A stretch of DNA of 64,000 nt, taken from positions 93,808 to 157,807 of the IMG/VR virus record IMGVR_UViG_3300008108_000016. One strand, 5' to 3'. Below are positions 10,295 through 20,033 of this stretch, one piece after another. The position numbers were made by a program, and so were the translations under genes. The notes beneath the pieces were generated by a model. The model was not told the DNA's origin. It saw only the letters and a program-made list of their open reading frames with translations, and searched no databases. Source of the stretch: a virus. Position 1 is the first letter of the stretch. The number at the start of each line of letters is the position of its first letter.

Positions 10295-11284
10295 ATGAGA
10301 AGCAAAAAAATATTGGATGAAATAAAAAAACCCTCTATTGAGGATATCACCAACAAATTAAAAAAGTATAAATCTATTGCCATAGATGAACTTAAACAAA
10401 CTAGATTGTTGGTTAAGATTATTATGTCTTCAATTAAGCAATATTTAAAAGATAAAGATTTTGAACTTGACGCTGAAGATAAAAAATTTATAAAAGATCA
10501 ATCTTCAGACGTATTAAAATTAATCCCGTTAGTAGTATTCCAAGTTGTTCCAGGGTCATCAATCGCAACACCATTTATAGTAAAGTTAGGTCAAAAATTA
10601 GGTATGAAACTTAATTCCGATATTCCCGAAAAATACAAAGAAAAAGAAAAGAAAGATGGTGAAATGAATGAACTTGTTGATTCTGATGGTAGTTTTGCGG
10701 GTTCTAACATTCCAATTTTAAATCAAGGATTACACCCAAGAAAAACTCAAGATCAAACAGTTATAACAACAAGACAAACTAATAATCCTGTTGTTAGAGG
10801 TTATCGTGTTTATTATGGGGAATCAATTGATAAGAATGATGAGAAACTTTTGGATGAGGTTGATATGTCAGATGCGTTTGGTTATGAGGAAACAGAAGAC
10901 GCTCAAACATACTCAAAGGCAAGTAAAATATTAAAGAAGATGGGGATTGAAGATCCTATTGAAAGAAACGATAGATTAGAGGTTATGGGATTTGACCCAA
11001 GGTTAGATAAAGAATTAAAAAGAGAAAAGAGAAGAGGTAAATGTAAAAATTGTTTTACCAAACGAAGATTGTCTGAAACCGAAAGAGAGATGATGATAAA
11101 AATGATTGATGAAATTTTACTAAAGAAAAAAAATAAAGGGGATGATCTTGTAAAAAAAAATAATGAAGAAGAAACTCCTGTTAGTAGAATTTTAACAAGA
11201 AATTTACAATCAATTAAAAAAGTTGCAGAAAAAGAGGGAATAAGTATTAACCAATTAATTAAAATTCTTAAAAAAGGTGAATAA
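10295..11284 (+). CDS. Hypothetical protein with LETM1-like N-terminal segment
   Basis: DQSSDVLKLIPLVVFQVVPGSSIATPFIVK resembles the LETM1-family motif; remainder charged. Confidence 0.4.
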   Translation: MRSKKILDEIKKPSIEDITNKLKKYKSIAIDELKQTRLLVKIIMSSIKQYLKDKDFELDAEDKKFIKDQSSDVLKLIPLVVFQVVPGSSIATPFIVKLGQKLGMKLNSDIPEKYKEKEKKDGEMNELVDSDGSFAGSNIPILNQGLHPRKTQDQTVITTRQTNNPVVRGYRVYYGESIDKNDEKLLDEVDMSDAFGYEETEDAQTYSKASKILKKMGIEDPIERNDRLEVMGFDPRLDKELKREKRRGKCKNCFTKRRLSETEREMMIKMIDEILLKKKNKGDDLVKKNNEEETPVSRILTRNLQSIKKVAEKEGISINQLIKILKKGE

Positions 11285-11744
11285 GGAATTATACGGACAA
11301 ATTATTAAATTACCTGAAGAACTTGTTGAGTATCTTCAGAAGTGTTTTGAGCAAGTCCCTAACTCTGATTCTACAGTTGAGGGTCATAAGAGAAATATCT
11401 TTTTAAGAGATAAAGGACAAGTAACATTCCAACAACTTGAGAGAATACAAAATTGGTTCAAATATTTTGATGGTAAAAAGGAAGACGCACCATATGTATT
11501 AAATGGTGGTGATTATATGAATAATTGGGTATCAACAACTATTGATGGTTTAAGAAGAGGAACACAAACACCACAAATAACACAAGATGTTATGCCCGAT
11601 GATGTTAATGATGAATTAATTGATAACATGGGATGGTTATCAAATATGAATAGAGAATCAAAAAGTCATAAAGGTTATAATGATGATATCAAAATAACCG
11701 AAAACCTGAAAAGGATAAACGATATTATGAAAAAAATAATTTAA
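11277..11744 (+). CDS. Hypothetical phage protein
   Basis: Overlapping operon ORF, phage-like codon usage. Confidence 0.6.
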   Translation: MNKELYGQIIKLPEELVEYLQKCFEQVPNSDSTVEGHKRNIFLRDKGQVTFQQLERIQNWFKYFDGKKEDAPYVLNGGDYMNNWVSTTIDGLRRGTQTPQITQDVMPDDVNDELIDNMGWLSNMNRESKSHKGYNDDIKITENLKRINDIMKKII

Positions 11745-11745
11745 A

Positions 11746-12033
11746 ATGGCGGTTACAGAAAGATTAAATTTTGATCAACCACAAAATGAGTTAGGTCAAA
11801 TTGCGGAACAACAAAGACAGAGACTTATACCAAAGAATGATTATAAACCAACTAATCAATATTCACAAACAAATAAAGATGCAATATCCGATGGGGATGA
11901 ATTAGGTAAAGGTACTGGAGGATTTTTGGATACAACTAATGGAGGATCTTCAATTGATATTCTTGAAAGAAAGAATGAAATAAAAATTAATGAATATCAA
12001 TCTAATAAACCGTATACAACTCCTTCGGTTTAA
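11746..12033 (+). CDS. Hypothetical phage protein
   Basis: Tightly packed operon ORF. Confidence 0.6.
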   Translation: MAVTERLNFDQPQNELGQIAEQQRQRLIPKNDYKPTNQYSQTNKDAISDGDELGKGTGGFLDTTNGGSSIDILERKNEIKINEYQSNKPYTTPSV

Positions 12034-12437
12034 TGAAACTTTACAACTCTCTGAAAAGTCTTATTCTTGAGATAGCATCAATAGATTCAATTGTTGATGC
12101 AATTAAGAAAAAACAGAAAGTTGTAATTTATTACAAAGGAGATGAACCAGGTGGAAATGGACTAAGAACTATTGAACCCGTTTGTTTTGGGTATAGTAAG
12201 GCAGGTAACCCTGTTTTACGAGCTTGGGATTTAGAAGGAGCTTCACATAGAGCATATTTAGGGAAGAAACCTTTACCAAGTTGGAGATTATTCAGGGTTG
12301 ATAAAATAGTTTCGTTTAGACCAACCGCAGAAAAGTTTGATACACCAAGACCTGGTTATAACCCTAACGGAGATAAAAGTATGACTAATGTAATTGTAAA
12401 CGCTGTATTTGGTGGTACTGAAGAAACTATAACATAA
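12033..12437 (+). CDS. Stand-alone WYL-domain protein
   Basis: VVIYY...RTIEPVCFG...LRAW...WRLFRVDKI WYL signature. Confidence 0.75.
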   Translation: MKLYNSLKSLILEIASIDSIVDAIKKKQKVVIYYKGDEPGGNGLRTIEPVCFGYSKAGNPVLRAWDLEGASHRAYLGKKPLPSWRLFRVDKIVSFRPTAEKFDTPRPGYNPNGDKSMTNVIVNAVFGGTEETIT

Positions 12438-12456
12438 ACAATACAATATTTTTAAT

Positions 12457-13065
12457 ATGTCGGCAGATCAAGATTTAATTAACAAGTTGTTAATATCAAA
12501 AAAAATAATGGAAAGACACGATAGTATGGGTCGTGGAAACCATGCAAATGTCTCAATACCAAACACACCTGTGGTTGAGGACTATAAACCCGTAAGTGGT
12601 AATTACAATATACCTCAAGATTTATTATCTGAAGTGGAAGTACCAACACAAAAGAATTATAATACTTCAGTACCAACGGCAGATAGAATTGCTAGTTCAA
12701 AACTACCTGATGAGATTAAAAGGTTAATGATGGAACACCCAATACAACAACCAAATAACCCATTAACCGCAGGATCATCATTATCACCAGATTTAATTGA
12801 TAAAGCATCAAGACTAATGAATTCAAAAGCAAATGGGGAACCGATTGTAGAAAATGTTAGACCTAAACAACAACCAACTCAATCATCAATTTCTTTTAAC
12901 CCAAACCAAATTAAAGATATTGTAAGAGAAACAGTTGAGGATGTGTTAAGAGAAAATGGTCTAATGGTTGAATCCACAAAAAAATCAAATGAAGTTTTTA
13001 GATTCAAAGTGGGTCAACATATTTTTGAGGGTAAGATTACAAAAATTAAAAAAGTTTCAGAATAA
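12457..13065 (+). CDS. Hypothetical phage protein
   Basis: Long ORF ending before a terminator. Confidence 0.6.
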   Translation: MSADQDLINKLLISKKIMERHDSMGRGNHANVSIPNTPVVEDYKPVSGNYNIPQDLLSEVEVPTQKNYNTSVPTADRIASSKLPDEIKRLMMEHPIQQPNNPLTAGSSLSPDLIDKASRLMNSKANGEPIVENVRPKQQPTQSSISFNPNQIKDIVRETVEDVLRENGLMVESTKKSNEVFRFKVGQHIFEGKITKIKKVSE

Positions 13066-13087
13066 CTTAAGTTATTTAAATTCATAT

Positions 13088-13114
13088 CCCCATTCATAAA
13101 GAGTGGGGTTTTTT
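13088..13114 (+). terminator. Intrinsic terminator
   Basis: CCCCATTC-ATAAA-GAGTGGGG followed by a T-tract. Confidence 0.75.
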
Positions 13115-13148
13115 GTTTTTTTTATTTTACCTTTTGATACAACAGAAC

Positions 13149-13156
13149 TATTTATA
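13149..13156 (+). promoter_or_regulatory. Putative late promoter TATTTATA (representative of about 18 copies)
   Basis: Same motif on the sense strand upstream of many genes, e.g. 35916, 37416 (+); 2117, 39965, 42570, 46702, 47740, 49231, 53099, 57184, 59373 (-). Confidence 0.65.
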
Positions 13157-13172
13157 ATAAAAACAACATATT

Positions 13173-14075
13173 ATGGCAAAAAAAATTGATTTAAATGAAA
13201 CGTTAATTATTAAAGAATATTTGGGAGGTAAAAGTTCATTAATATTGTCAAAAGAATTTGGGGTGTCTAAACCCACTATTTTATCAGTACTAAAAAAACA
13301 TAATGTAACTAGAAAAAGAAATAGATGTGATTCATTAAAAATAATTAAAAATGATAATAAATATGTTATTTTAAGAAAATGCCCTCAATGTGGTTCAGAC
13401 GTTAAGACAACATCAAAAGATAGGATAATTGCCTGTAGAAATTATTTTAATTTGAGGAATTCATTATGTAAAAATTGTAGTATTATAAATCAAAAAGGAA
13501 ATGGGAATCCATTTTACGGTAAAAAACACACTGGGGAGTCCAAACAAAAAATATCAAATAGTAGAAAAGGAAAAGCAACCGGTAAAGAAAATTCTATGGC
13601 AAACCCAAAACATAGGGATAAGGCTAGAAAAAATTTAAAAAAGAAATGGGATGAGGGTAATATGGAGCATGCCAGAAAAATAATGTCAGAAAAGATGAAA
13701 GAAACAAGAAGATTAGGTAAAATAAAATCTGTGATAAGATCTAAAGCTGAATATGAAATAATAAAAAAAATAAAAGAAATAGGATATAAAGTTAAATCAT
13801 CATTTAGAGTTGACACTAAAATATGTGATATATTTATCCCTAAGTTAAATTTAATTATTGAGTATAATGGAGACTATTGGCATTGCAACCCAAAAAAATA
13901 TCCATCGGATTATTTTCATTCCGTTAAAAATATGACAGCAAAAGAATTATGGGATTATGATAAAAACAAGATTGACTTAGTAAGGAATAAAGGTTATAAT
14001 TTAGAAGTAATTTGGGAATCTGAATATAAGAAAAACCAAAACATAATAAATAAACTAATTAAAAAATATGAGTAA
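13173..14075 (+). mobile_element. Free-standing homing endonuclease (HTH + Zn ribbon + NUMOD3 + DUF559/Vsr-like PD-(D/E)xK nuclease)
   Basis: CPQC..CKNC; NPFYGKKHTGESKQKIS (NUMOD3); DIFIPKLNLIIEYNGDYWH...GYNLEVIWE. Confidence 0.8.
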
Positions 14076-15315
14076 AGAAAGCCCCATGAATGGTCGTGAG
14101 AGAATTAGAGTATTAGTTCTCCCAAGTGACCAATCTGGGGTTGGCTGAGGTAAATTCCGTTCAGTTGACCCCCATGTAATGTTACAAAACAAATATCCTG
14201 ATGAATTTCACGTTGATATTGATTACGAACCAAAAATAAATGATCAGAACTATTGGAAACAATATCAAATTGTTCATTTCCACAGAAATATCGGTCAAAA
14301 TTATGAAGATTGCCCTGCACTTATTGAATGGTTAAAAAGTGTTGGTATCGTTGTTATTGCGGATGTTGACGATTATTGGTTACCAACAAAGGAACATCCT
14401 ATTCATCAGTTAATTATTAACAATAAAATTCACGAGAAGATTATTGCAAATCTTAAAGTATCATCATACGTTACAACAACAACAGATATTTTTGCGAATG
14501 AAATTAGAAAGTTCAATAAAAATGTTTATGTTTTACCAAACGCAATTGATCCAAGAGAAGAACAATTTAATCAACCAACTTTACCTTCCGAAAAAATCAG
14601 AGTAGGTTGGCTTGGTGGATCCTCACATTTACACGATTTGAAGTTATTGGATGGTATGGTAAATAAATTAAAACCTCAACAGGATAAATTACAATTTTAT
14701 CTTTGTGGTTTTGATACAAGAGGAACCGTAACAGAAATTAATAAAAATACGGGGGAAGAAGTAAGAAGACCAATTAAACCCGAAGAAACGGTTTGGGTTA
14801 AATATGAATCAATTTTTACTGACAACTATAAAATAATTTCACCAAATTATAAATTATTTTTGGATAGGTTTAATGATGAAGAGTTTCTTGGGTGGGAAAA
14901 TGAAAACTACGTAAGAGTATGGACAAAACCTGCAACATCATACGCAAAGAATTATTCAAGGTTTGATATATCATTATCACCAATTGTTGATCACGTTTTT
15001 AACAGGATGAAATCACAACTTAAAGTTATTGAGGCGGGATTCTATAAAAAAGCCTTAATCGCATCAAACGTTGGGCCTTATACCATAGATCTTAAACATT
15101 CGGTAAGTAATGGTAAATTTGTTGATGGTAATGCCCTATTGGTTGACAAACATAGAAACCATTCAGATTGGGTTAAAAACGTTAAATTGTTGGTAAACAA
15201 CCCAAACATGGTTAAAGATATGGGTGAAAGATTATATGAAACCGTAAAAGACACATATGATCTTAATATTGTTACAAAAAATAGAAGTGAATTTTACAAA
15301 TCTTTAATTAAATAA
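14068..15315 (+). CDS. GT-B (GT4-like) glycosyltransferase interrupted by in-frame TGA at 14146-14148
   Basis: ATG 14068 is in frame with ORF 14179: MSKESPMNGRERIRVLVLPSDQSGVG*GKFRSVDPHVMLQ...; DVDDYW, VGWLGGSSH, FNRMKSQLKVIEAG motifs. Confidence 0.75.
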
Positions 15316-15317
15316 TT

Positions 15318-16019
15318 ATGATTAATATACCAATTACCAAAATTTTATTCCTTGACATTGAAACCGTTGGTGGATGCCCTGATTATGAATCCTGTGAGAA
15401 ATTCAATCCAGATCTTGCCAATCAATTTAACAAATATTTTGATTGGTTTCAAAAAAGATTTCCCGAAGATGAAAGTCTGTTTAGAGAGGAAGTGTTTAAG
15501 AAACGAGCAGCTCTTGTTCCTGAATTTGCAAAAATTATCTGCGTATCAATGGCGTTTGTAATGGACAACGGAGAAGTAAAAAAACAGACATTTTCTGGTG
15601 ATGATGAAAAAGAATTATTGATTCAAGTTAGAAATCTTCTTGATAGATGTAGTAAACTTGATTTCTATCTTTGTGGTCATAATCTAAAAAACTTTGACAT
15701 TCCGATGCTTGCAAAACGTATGATCATAAATGGAATTATGCCATCAAAACTTTTACCATCATATGATACAAAGCCTTGGGAGGTAAAAGCAATTGACACA
15801 AAAGAAATTTGGCAATACGGAGCGTATACATCAATTGGTTCTTTGGATCTTGTTTGTTCAACAATGGGAATACCAACACCAAAAGATGGGGAAATTACTG
15901 GTGATAAAGTTCACGATGCTTATTGGATAGAACAAAAATTAAACTCAATATCTGAATATTGTGAAAAGGATGTTGAAGTTCTTATTGAATTTATAAAAAA
16001 ACTTAAAAACTTGGGATAA
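15318..16019 (+). CDS. PolB-like 3'-5' exonuclease (DEDDy)
   Basis: FLDIET, GHNLKNFDIP, YCEKDV. Confidence 0.85.
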   Translation: MINIPITKILFLDIETVGGCPDYESCEKFNPDLANQFNKYFDWFQKRFPEDESLFREEVFKKRAALVPEFAKIICVSMAFVMDNGEVKKQTFSGDDEKELLIQVRNLLDRCSKLDFYLCGHNLKNFDIPMLAKRMIINGIMPSKLLPSYDTKPWEVKAIDTKEIWQYGAYTSIGSLDLVCSTMGIPTPKDGEITGDKVHDAYWIEQKLNSISEYCEKDVEVLIEFIKKLKNLG

Positions 16020-16020
16020 T

Positions 16021-16608
16021 ATGACTAAAGAAAATGATGATTTTTTTGAACAAATAAAAGATCTTGAAGAAACTTTTGATGGTGATGAACCTGACTATAA
16101 TGCTGTTATGGAACTATTTGGAATCGACATAAATGAAATTGATAGAGAAATGAAATCGTATAACACAAAAGTTGAGGTTAATTATACCACAAAACATGAA
16201 AATTCTGTAGACCCTGTATACGCTTACCCAACAGATTCAGGATTTGACTTGCATTCAACAGAGGAAATAGATATTGATCCATTTGGTAGAACCTTGGTTC
16301 CAACAGGATTGTTTATTGACATTCCCGAACATTATGAAATTCAAGTTAGATCAAAAAGCGGTTTAGCATTAAAACAAGGTTTGATGGTATTAAATTCACC
16401 AGGTACGGTAGATCAAGGGTATACAGGTGAAATAAAAGTAATTATTTTTAATACGAATAATCACAAAGTTAAAATTGATAAAGGTCAAAAAATTGCTCAG
16501 GCGGTTTTTTCTCCTGTTGTTTGTGGTAAGTGGATCAATTTTAATAAAGTAATTAACATTAACGATAAAGACAGATCTGATAAAGGATTTGGTAGTACAG
16601 GGATATGA
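16021..16608 (+). CDS. dut: Trimeric dUTPase with acidic N-terminal extension
   Basis: SGFDL, RSKSGLA, GTVDQGYTGEI, KIAQ, R..KGFGSTG motifs. Confidence 0.95.
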   Translation: MTKENDDFFEQIKDLEETFDGDEPDYNAVMELFGIDINEIDREMKSYNTKVEVNYTTKHENSVDPVYAYPTDSGFDLHSTEEIDIDPFGRTLVPTGLFIDIPEHYEIQVRSKSGLALKQGLMVLNSPGTVDQGYTGEIKVIIFNTNNHKVKIDKGQKIAQAVFSPVVCGKWINFNKVININDKDRSDKGFGSTGI

Positions 16609-18029
16609 TAACAATAGGATACTCAACAAGAAAACATAACCAAGAATACATTGATTATCTTCAAAAAACTTCAATGTACAAAGAAGTGGAAATTATAGAA
16701 AAAATTAATAATGGTGAAAAATCATTGTCTCAAGTTTATAATGAAATTTTATCTGAATCAAAATACGATATAGTTGTTTTATGTCATGACGACTTAGAAT
16801 TTGACACAAAAAATTGGGCAGATAAAATACTTAAACATTTTAATAAAAATCCTGAATATGGTATTTTAGGTTTAGCTGGAACAAAATATTTGGATAATAA
16901 TGGAAAATGGTGGGAAGTTCAGAATACCATGTATGGTATTGTTAATCACAAACATGAAGGTAAAAAATGGACAAGTAATTACTCAAAAGATTTAGGTAAT
17001 AAAATTGAGGACGTAATAATTGTTGATGGATTATTTATCGCAATAAATAAGAAAAAGATTAAACACAATTTTGATGAATCGTTTAATGGATTTCATTTTT
17101 ATGACTTAGGGTTTTGTTTGCCTAATTATTTAGATGATGTTAAAATTGGAGTAATGTTTGATATAAGGGTTACTCATCTTTCCATAGGACAAACTAACCA
17201 ACAATGGGAAGATAATAGAATTCAGTTCGCAATTAAATATAAAGATAAATTACCTATAGACATTAATAATAAAGAATTATCCGAAACTTTCATTTTTGTT
17301 CACGATCAAGATATAGTTCTTGAATTTGAATCGTCCAATAAACTATCTAATTTATATAAATATAAATACGTCTTTTTAGGTAATAGACCTATTGATAAGA
17401 TAGGGTATTTATCTAATTTAATAATTGCAAGAAATTATGAAGACAATATAGAACAATATCCTTTATTTACTTCCTATACTGGTTGGTATTGTCTTTGGAA
17501 AAATAATTTAATTAATACTAAATACATTAATCTTTTTGAGTACGATACCATCTTAAATAAGAATATTGATCAATTTCATACAAAAATTTATGAGAATGAC
17601 GTTGAAATGGTTGGATACGTTCCGTTTCCTGTAAGAAGTTATGAATTTATTTTAAACCCTTCTTGGAATGAAAATGTTATACCGGCAATTAAAGAAATAC
17701 ATAAATTTGATTTAATCTCACACTATAACAAAATTGTACAAAATTCACCAGATTCAGTGTGGTCTTCTACATCAAATACAACATTTAGAAAAGATATTTT
17801 TGATGATTTTATGAAATGGTTTTCTCCTGTTGCCGATAGAATTAAAGATACAAAAACTTGTGGTCACGCGCATGAAAGATCCATAACCTACTATTCTTAC
17901 CATAAGAATAGAAAATTTATGATTACAAAAGGACTACTGCAACACTTACAATTAGACTCACATAAAACTCAAGGTCATTTTGTTGACTTACAAAGTAATT
18001 ACGATAAATTATTAAAAAATAAACTATAA
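16605..18029 (+). CDS. Two-domain GT-A glycosyltransferase
   Basis: VLCHDDL, VDGLFIA, FHFYD N-terminal GT2-like domain plus second domain with FEYD / HAHERS. Confidence 0.7.
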   Translation: MITIGYSTRKHNQEYIDYLQKTSMYKEVEIIEKINNGEKSLSQVYNEILSESKYDIVVLCHDDLEFDTKNWADKILKHFNKNPEYGILGLAGTKYLDNNGKWWEVQNTMYGIVNHKHEGKKWTSNYSKDLGNKIEDVIIVDGLFIAINKKKIKHNFDESFNGFHFYDLGFCLPNYLDDVKIGVMFDIRVTHLSIGQTNQQWEDNRIQFAIKYKDKLPIDINNKELSETFIFVHDQDIVLEFESSNKLSNLYKYKYVFLGNRPIDKIGYLSNLIIARNYEDNIEQYPLFTSYTGWYCLWKNNLINTKYINLFEYDTILNKNIDQFHTKIYENDVEMVGYVPFPVRSYEFILNPSWNENVIPAIKEIHKFDLISHYNKIVQNSPDSVWSSTSNTTFRKDIFDDFMKWFSPVADRIKDTKTCGHAHERSITYYSYHKNRKFMITKGLLQHLQLDSHKTQGHFVDLQSNYDKLLKNKL

Positions 18030-18685
18030 TGAATTATTTAAGTTTTAGTTTATGGGGTGACAATCTTCTTTATAATATAGGAGCCATAAGAAATTCAGAA
18101 CTGATAAAAACCATATACCCCGGATGGAAAATGATCGTTTATTATGATAACACCGTACCATCAGAAACAATTAAAGAATTGGAAAAAAATGATGTTATAT
18201 GTGTTGATAGTTCGGGAGTACCTTATGGGTGTTTTTGGCGTTTTTTCGCTTCTGACATAGAAGATGCCGAATATGTATGTTTTAGAGATTGCGACTCAAG
18301 AATATCTGAAAGAGAATTTTTAGCTGTGCAAGAATGGATGAATAGTAAAAAACTAATACACGTAATGAGAGATCATCCCGCACATGGTGTCCCTTATGGT
18401 GCAAGTGGTTTAGGTATTTTAGCGGGTATGTGGGGTATTAAAGGTAAAATAATGGAAATGAGAAAAACTATAGAATCTTTTTTAAAGGATAAAATAAATT
18501 ATTACGGCATTGATCAAAATTTTTTACAACACATATATAAATTTTTTAAGGATAATAAATTCACACATGATGAATTTTTTGAGAAAAAACCATTTCCAAT
18601 AGGAAGAGTTAATGGTAGATTTGTTGGTGAACGAATTAGTATAAACGAAACCCCTGTAACGGAAGACTACAAAATATTATTATGA
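18029..18685 (+). CDS. Putative GT-A-like glycan-modifying protein
   Basis: SFSLWG, FWRF, FRDCDSR, MRDHPAH, ILAGMWG, DQNFL conserved-type motifs. Confidence 0.55.
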   Translation: MNYLSFSLWGDNLLYNIGAIRNSELIKTIYPGWKMIVYYDNTVPSETIKELEKNDVICVDSSGVPYGCFWRFFASDIEDAEYVCFRDCDSRISEREFLAVQEWMNSKKLIHVMRDHPAHGVPYGASGLGILAGMWGIKGKIMEMRKTIESFLKDKINYYGIDQNFLQHIYKFFKDNKFTHDEFFEKKPFPIGRVNGRFVGERISINETPVTEDYKILL

Positions 18686-19401
18686 AAATAGATTACATAA
18701 TTGTTAGTACCAATGATAATAATTTGTACAAAGATTTTTGGCCCGTAGTAAAAAAATTATGGTATGAATTGATTGGGATAAAACCTATTTTGGTTGAGAT
18801 ATGTGATACAAATGAAATAGTTGATTATGGTGATCATATCATACACAAAATAAAAAAAATAGAAGACATAGATACAGGATTTCAATCACAAATAGCAAGA
18901 ATGTACGTAACTAAGTTTTATCAAAATAGTGTCTGTTTGACATCAGATATTGATATGTTACCATTATGTAAGAATTATTTTGTTAATGATATAGAAGACA
19001 TAGATAATGATAATTTAGTTATTTTTAGTTCTGATGCGTATCAAGGTGTTGTTAGATACCCAATATGTTACAACGCATCAAAAGGAAAGGTATTCAATGA
19101 CATTATGAAATTTGAAGACACTTTTGAGGAGTACTGTATAAAATTAAATGACATGGGGTTAGGTTGGGATACGGATGAGTTATATTTTGGAAAAATGGTT
19201 AACCTATATGAAAATCAATCAATAATTACTAAATTAAATCGTGGTTGGGAGTACGGAAGAGCAAAAAAAAGAATAGATAGAGTTTATTGGACATATGATG
19301 AAAACGAATTAAAATCTCAAAATTATGTAGATTCTCACTCTTTACGCCCATATTCAAGATACAAAAATGAAATAGATAAATTAATAAACTTTTTAATATG
19401 A
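18682..19401 (+). CDS. Putative glycosyltransferase
   Basis: TSDIDMLP DxD motif, W.TDE; glycan cluster context. Confidence 0.5.
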   Translation: MKIDYIIVSTNDNNLYKDFWPVVKKLWYELIGIKPILVEICDTNEIVDYGDHIIHKIKKIEDIDTGFQSQIARMYVTKFYQNSVCLTSDIDMLPLCKNYFVNDIEDIDNDNLVIFSSDAYQGVVRYPICYNASKGKVFNDIMKFEDTFEEYCIKLNDMGLGWDTDELYFGKMVNLYENQSIITKLNRGWEYGRAKKRIDRVYWTYDENELKSQNYVDSHSLRPYSRYKNEIDKLINFLI

Positions 19402-20033
19402 AAATATTAATTTTAGTTCTTTCATATGACGATTCAGGAATATATACTGAATTTTATAAAACACAAAAACAAACGTGGGATAGTTTACCTGTTGAAGGTG
19501 TAGACACATATTACTATTTTGGTAATTCAGACGAGGAAAAAATAGACGGGAATAATATTTTTTTAGGGGTGAGGGAATCACTAATGAATTGTGCTCATAA
19601 AACAATAGACGCATTTAATTTAGTGAAGGATTTTGATTTTGACTTTATATTTAGAACAAATTCAAGCTCTTATGTTGACAAAAAACTTTTAAAAAAATAC
19701 GTAGAAAATAAATCAAATCAGAATTTTTATTCAGGTATCATTGGGAATCACATGGGCATTCCTTTTTGCTCAGGATCTGGTTATTTTTTATCTAAGGACT
19801 TAGTTAAACTTATTATAAATAATAAGTCAGAAATAAACCATAATCTTATAGACGACGTTGCTTTTGGGAATTTTTTAAAAAATCAAAATATAGAATTTAA
19901 ACAATCTGAAAGGTTTGATGTAATAAGTAATGATCACATACCTATGGATTATTTTCATTATAGATTAAAAACATCTCATAGACAAAATGATATAAAAAAT
20001 ATGGAATTAATTTTTTTAAACAAATGCAAATAA
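19398..20033 (+). CDS. GT31-like galactosyltransferase
   Basis: FIFRTNSSSYV, FCSGSGYFLSKD, DDVAFG. Confidence 0.65.
   Translation: MKILILVLSYDDSGIYTEFYKTQKQTWDSLPVEGVDTYYYFGNSDEEKIDGNNIFLGVRESLMNCAHKTIDAFNLVKDFDFDFIFRTNSSSYVDKKLLKKYVENKSNQNFYSGIIGNHMGIPFCSGSGYFLSKDLVKLIINNKSEINHNLIDDVAFGNFLKNQNIEFKQSERFDVISNDHIPMDYFHYRLKTSHRQNDIKNMELIFLNKCK

Noticed and set aside
14146-14148. Genome-wide TGA reassignment or selenocysteine
   Set aside because: TGA ends many genes, often in ATGA overlaps (16605, 18682, 19398, 21374, 22192, 25874). The hairpin includes the UGA in its stem rather than lying 3' of it like a bacterial SECIS.
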